From assembly GCA_964652195.1 (NCBI GenBank), contig CAZZBB010000076.1, positions 16,228-80,227 of the forward strand: a stretch of DNA of 64,000 nt, in the 5' to 3' direction. The translations under genes were made by a program, and so were the position numbers. Positions 61,123-64,000 of this stretch are shown piece by piece (position 1 is the first letter of the stretch; each line of letters begins with the position of its first letter). The notes under the pieces are model-generated. The model did no database searches. It was not told the DNA's origin and was given only the letters and a program-made list of their open reading frames with translations. This DNA comes from an uncultured bacterium (GTDB lineage Bacteria; Poribacteria; WGA-4E; WGA-3G).

Positions 61123-61156
61123 AGGCATTCACCGGGCATTCGGTGGGTATGAATAC
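61123..61156 (-). repeat. Partial inverted copy of the composite palindromic element
   Basis: Reverse complement gtattcatacccaccgaatgcccggtgaatgcct closely matches 40301-40329. Confidence 0.7.
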
Positions 61157-61167
61157 ATGTATGGCAG

Positions 61168-62277
61168 TCACAAGTCTCCCAAGTGAGAGGTACTAAATTC
61201 GACAGGATAGTCCCAATTAGATAAAAACTTAATAACTTCACTATATGTGAGTAAGAACGATTTTAGTGTTCCCCAGCGCAACTGTGCTTTCCCTCTCGGA
61301 GAGACAGGAAATGCACCATCACTGATCCAATCCAAAGATGGATTTTCCCAAGTCCGGTCTGTAATCTGGGTGATGGTACCTGTTGCGATATGGTATTTAT
61401 AAAGATGATAAGATAACCATAAAGTCTTTATGGGTTTATTCAACTCTGTTTCAACAGCACCAAAAACAATAGATTTTCCGTTATCCATCCAATCAAGAGA
61501 TGAACATTTGTATGTTTTCGGTATCAGAAGTTGCTTTGACAGTCTCGTACTTATATCGTAAATATAATATCGATTTGCTTGAGGAATGAAACCGTCTTTT
61601 GGATTAAACTTTGATTCATACTCATAATATGCTATCTGTCTCCCAGTTGGCGACCATCTGCCATAAGCACGTTCAATCAGTAGATTTCCTTGGGGTAGTG
61701 GTGGCGGTAGTAGTGGACGTGCACCTCCACCGTCACTATGCATTATCCATAGATTGCTACCCGTCTGTCCCAACACTGGAACAGAAGAATAAACTATTTG
61801 CCTTCCGTCCGGAGACCAATCGGGAAAGTTTGCACCCAATTCTACGATCTCTTTTATATTTTCGTTCTCCAAATCAATAACACAAATCCATCTTTTTAGT
61901 TCATTTTTTATTCTATCTGCTTTTCTAAACAAAATTGACTTTCCATCTGGTGAAAATACTGGAAAATTACTTTTTGAGTTTCGTTCAGTCAAAATCCGTT
62001 GATTTGTGCCGTCAGCGTTCATAATAACAAGCTGCTTCTGTTGAGAATTTATCTGCGTTGCCCATCTTGAGAAAACAATCTGCCTTCCATCGGGAGACCA
62101 CCGCGGAGTAATAGGATAGAGCGTATTGGTGAGTAGCTCAGTGACACCCGTGCCATCATCCTCCATCACGAATATCCCCTTTACACCCTCTTCAACTCGC
62201 GCTGCAAAAACTATTTTTGCCTTTGCTAACGGGGTAATTAAGAAAAAGAATAGTAGTATTGATATACATATTCGCAT
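61168..62277 (-). CDS. TolB-like PD40/WD40 beta-propeller secreted protein
   Basis: Signal peptide; PRWSPDGRQIVF, PVFSPDGKSI, PDWSPDGRQIVY, RWSPTG; then FPVSPRGKAQLRWGTLK. Confidence 0.87.
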   Translation of the reverse strand: MRICISILLFFFLITPLAKAKIVFAARVEEGVKGIFVMEDDGTGVTELLTNTLYPITPRWSPDGRQIVFSRWATQINSQQKQLVIMNADGTNQRILTERNSKSNFPVFSPDGKSILFRKADRIKNELKRWICVIDLENENIKEIVELGANFPDWSPDGRQIVYSSVPVLGQTGSNLWIMHSDGGGARPLLPPPLPQGNLLIERAYGRWSPTGRQIAYYEYESKFNPKDGFIPQANRYYIYDISTRLSKQLLIPKTYKCSSLDWMDNGKSIVFGAVETELNKPIKTLWLSYHLYKYHIATGTITQITDRTWENPSLDWISDGAFPVSPRGKAQLRWGTLKSFLLTYSEVIKFLSNWDYPVEFSTSHLGDL

Positions 62278-62293
62278 GAAATCTCTCCTTATA

Positions 62294-62327
62294 TCATACT
62301 GAAGGATAATAGAATCCTTCAGTATGA
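62294..62327. terminator. Perfect 14-bp hairpin between two minus-strand ORFs
   Basis: tcatactgaaggat-aataga-atccttcagtatga. Confidence 0.55.
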
Positions 62328-62339
62328 AAATTGAGATGA

Positions 62340-62654
62340 TTACGGATGTTCACAATCCATAGAATTTGTTAGATGATAATCATCGGTTTCTCCACCTACT
62401 GTTGCTATGATCCTTACGTACGCCTCTCCCCCGTAAGGTGTACCTGTCTCCCCTCCAAATATTGTTGTGCCGTAGGAGGAATCCGGATCGCTCCAGTATG
62501 TGTCACCAGACTCTTCTGTAATCCTACCACTGTTGGCGGGATTCTTTTTGTCTTCAATATTTAATTCATGGAAAGAGGCTTTGATCTCGGTTGACAAATT
62601 ACATGGAGGACAGTGTCCATTATGAGATGCAGACACACTATAATCGAAGGACAT
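62340..62654 (-). CDS. Hypothetical protein, possibly the 3' part of a decayed secreted-protein gene
   Basis: 104 aa ORF; frame stays open about 120 nt upstream without a start codon. Confidence 0.45.
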   Translation of the reverse strand: MSFDYSVSASHNGHCPPCNLSTEIKASFHELNIEDKKNPANSGRITEESGDTYWSDPDSSYGTTIFGGETGTPYGGEAYVRIIATVGGETDDYHLTNSMDCEHP

Positions 62655-63205
62655 ATAACCTGATCCGTCGTCATACGTCTGCTTGTTGATTGCTGCATAT
62701 CCACTAACGAAGTCGATGCTCCGAACACCATCTGGTGTGGTTGTATAAATCTGAATCGTACAAATTGCTACTTACACTAAAATATAATAACATTTGGCAA
62801 AGTTTTATTCAAGCTATATCTTTTATAGAATATGTCACATACATGACTTTGTGAAGTGAGGTTATTTGAATGTCCAGTCCTCTTTGTTAACTTTCCCATT
62901 CTTAAAAAAGATACCAATCTTACAAATATCTTATGTTGGTAAAACACGCCAATTAACATACATATCTTCTTATATTGGAAGGAATTCCAATTGTTCTCCA
63001 GTAGAGTTTTCTATCACGATTTGAAGATCCTTCCTACAGATAAACCATTGTAATAATTTGAGAATTCGACAATAGAATGTCTTTGTGTTGAAACTATTAT
63101 ACGTTGCATTTCTATTCAGAATTTGATACTATAGACAATACAATTCAAATAGATTTATGGTATTCCATATTACATATTATTATTGATAATAGGAAGGTAT
63201 TTGCT

Positions 63206-63463
63206 ATGTTTGTATGTATAGCTTGTGGTTATTTGTGGAAAGAAGCGGATGAACCCCCAGATGAATGTCCTGCATGTACAGCACCAAAAGAAAAGTATAT
63301 ACCCTATGATGACAGAGCAGAAAGATGGGTTAAAAGAGCAGTAGCCGCTCATGTTATGTATCCAGATGAAGAAGGTGCTGACCTTCGAGCAGAGAATTCA
63401 GCACTCTCATCACATATTAGATTCGCTTTAGTTGGTTTACTTGGGGATCTACAAAAGGAATAA
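63206..63463 (+). CDS. Small rubredoxin-like protein
   Basis: MFVCIACGY...PPDECPACTAPKEKY (CxxC...CxxC); RBS-like AGGAAGG before ATG 63206. Confidence 0.75.
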   Translation: MFVCIACGYLWKEADEPPDECPACTAPKEKYIPYDDRAERWVKRAVAAHVMYPDEEGADLRAENSALSSHIRFALVGLLGDLQKE

Positions 63464-63500
63464 GAAGAAAGCTCCGGTATTCTCACTGGGGCTTCTTTCT
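63463..63500 (+). terminator. Intrinsic terminator
   Basis: aagctccggt-N6-actggggctt followed by T-rich tract. Confidence 0.65.
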
Positions 63501-63566
63501 GTCTTTTCCATTATTTAGTATTAACCCTATTATAGTGAAAATTGAAAATAATAACACATATCCCTG

Positions 63567-63630
63567 TAGGAGCGATCTCCGAATCGCGATTTAACTTAGT
63601 GATAGTAGGGAATCGGAGTTCCCTCCTACA
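63567..63630. repeat. Facing pair of REP-like palindromes
   Basis: GTAGGAGCGATCTCCGAATCGCGAT on plus strand and GTAGGAGGGAACTCCGATTCCCTAC on minus strand. Confidence 0.6.
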
Positions 63631-63751
63631 TCTCAAAATGTTCCATTAATTCAAATGTTCACTATAGTAGGCATATTTCAATGTTATATAGTATGAACTA
63701 AGAAATGTAGCATTCAACTTAACTTATGAGTAAAACACCGGAAATAATATA

Positions 63752-64000
63752 ATGAAATATATACACATATTATTGATACTATCACTTGTAACATTACCAG
63801 TAATAGTATCTGCACAAGACCTTGAAGACAGAGTCGTCGAACATGTCTATCCGAATGGTCTGAAATTATTAATGATTGAACGTCATACCTCCCCCACAAT
63901 TGCTCCCTATATTCTTTTTAAAGCAGGTTCAGTAGATGAATCTGATGATGCACGGGGAATTGCACATATGTTAGAGCATATGTTGTTTAAGGGAACGAAT
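63752..64000 (+). CDS. M16 family (pitrilysin-like) peptidase, 3' end outside window
   Basis: Not in the ORF track. MKYIHILLILSLVTLPVIVSAQ signal peptide, PNGLKLL, AGSVDE, inverted zinc motif GIAHMLEHMLFKG. Confidence 0.9.
   Translation, partial: MKYIHILLILSLVTLPVIVSAQDLEDRVVEHVYPNGLKLLMIERHTSPTIAPYILFKAGSVDESDDARGIAHMLEHMLFKGTN

Noticed and set aside
1-64000. Numerous 60-170 aa ORFs antisense to or nested in long genes
   Set aside because: They are shadows of well-supported genes on the opposite strand or frame, with no independent coding evidence.
1-64000. tRNA, rRNA or known riboswitch
   Set aside because: No cloverleaf, rRNA-like or recognisable riboswitch consensus was found by eye; a covariance-model scan would be needed to exclude them.

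Overview
AT-rich bacterial chromosome segment. It probably comes from a Candidatus Poribacteria-like (sponge-symbiont) genome; this is inferred from the secreted LamG and beta-propeller proteins ending in a 'V-x-x-x-GK-x-x-x-x-WG-x-LK' motif, two PhyH dioxygenases, a sulfatase, TPR/WD40 proteins and many GTAG-type palindromic repeats. The flanks carry ordinary genes: an unusually short dnaE, lon, kdsB, pyrG, a class A PBP, uvrB, a GH95 fucosidase, a sulfatase, a solute symporter and outer-membrane proteins. There is also an IS scar at about 23 kb. The stand-out region is a 15 kb co-directional locus at 26.8-42.0 kb behind a perfect-consensus sigma70 promoter. It encodes a GrpE-like protein, a lid-less non-canonical Hsp70, and nine tandem genes. 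All nine begin with the same ~135 aa module, a helical N-terminal part plus a J-domain-like fold whose HPD loop is replaced by GG(R/L)xRxDGR. One is fused to a WD40 propeller and eight to non-catalytic FGE-sulfatase/C-type-lectin-fold domains with hypervariable loops. The Hsp70 is altered at the positions that contact J-domains in DnaK (R167-equivalent is Gln; linker VLLLD is VTVTD). This suggests a dedicated chaperone system with a diversified receptor/adaptor repertoire. No rRNA, tRNA, CRISPR array or reverse transcriptase was seen.
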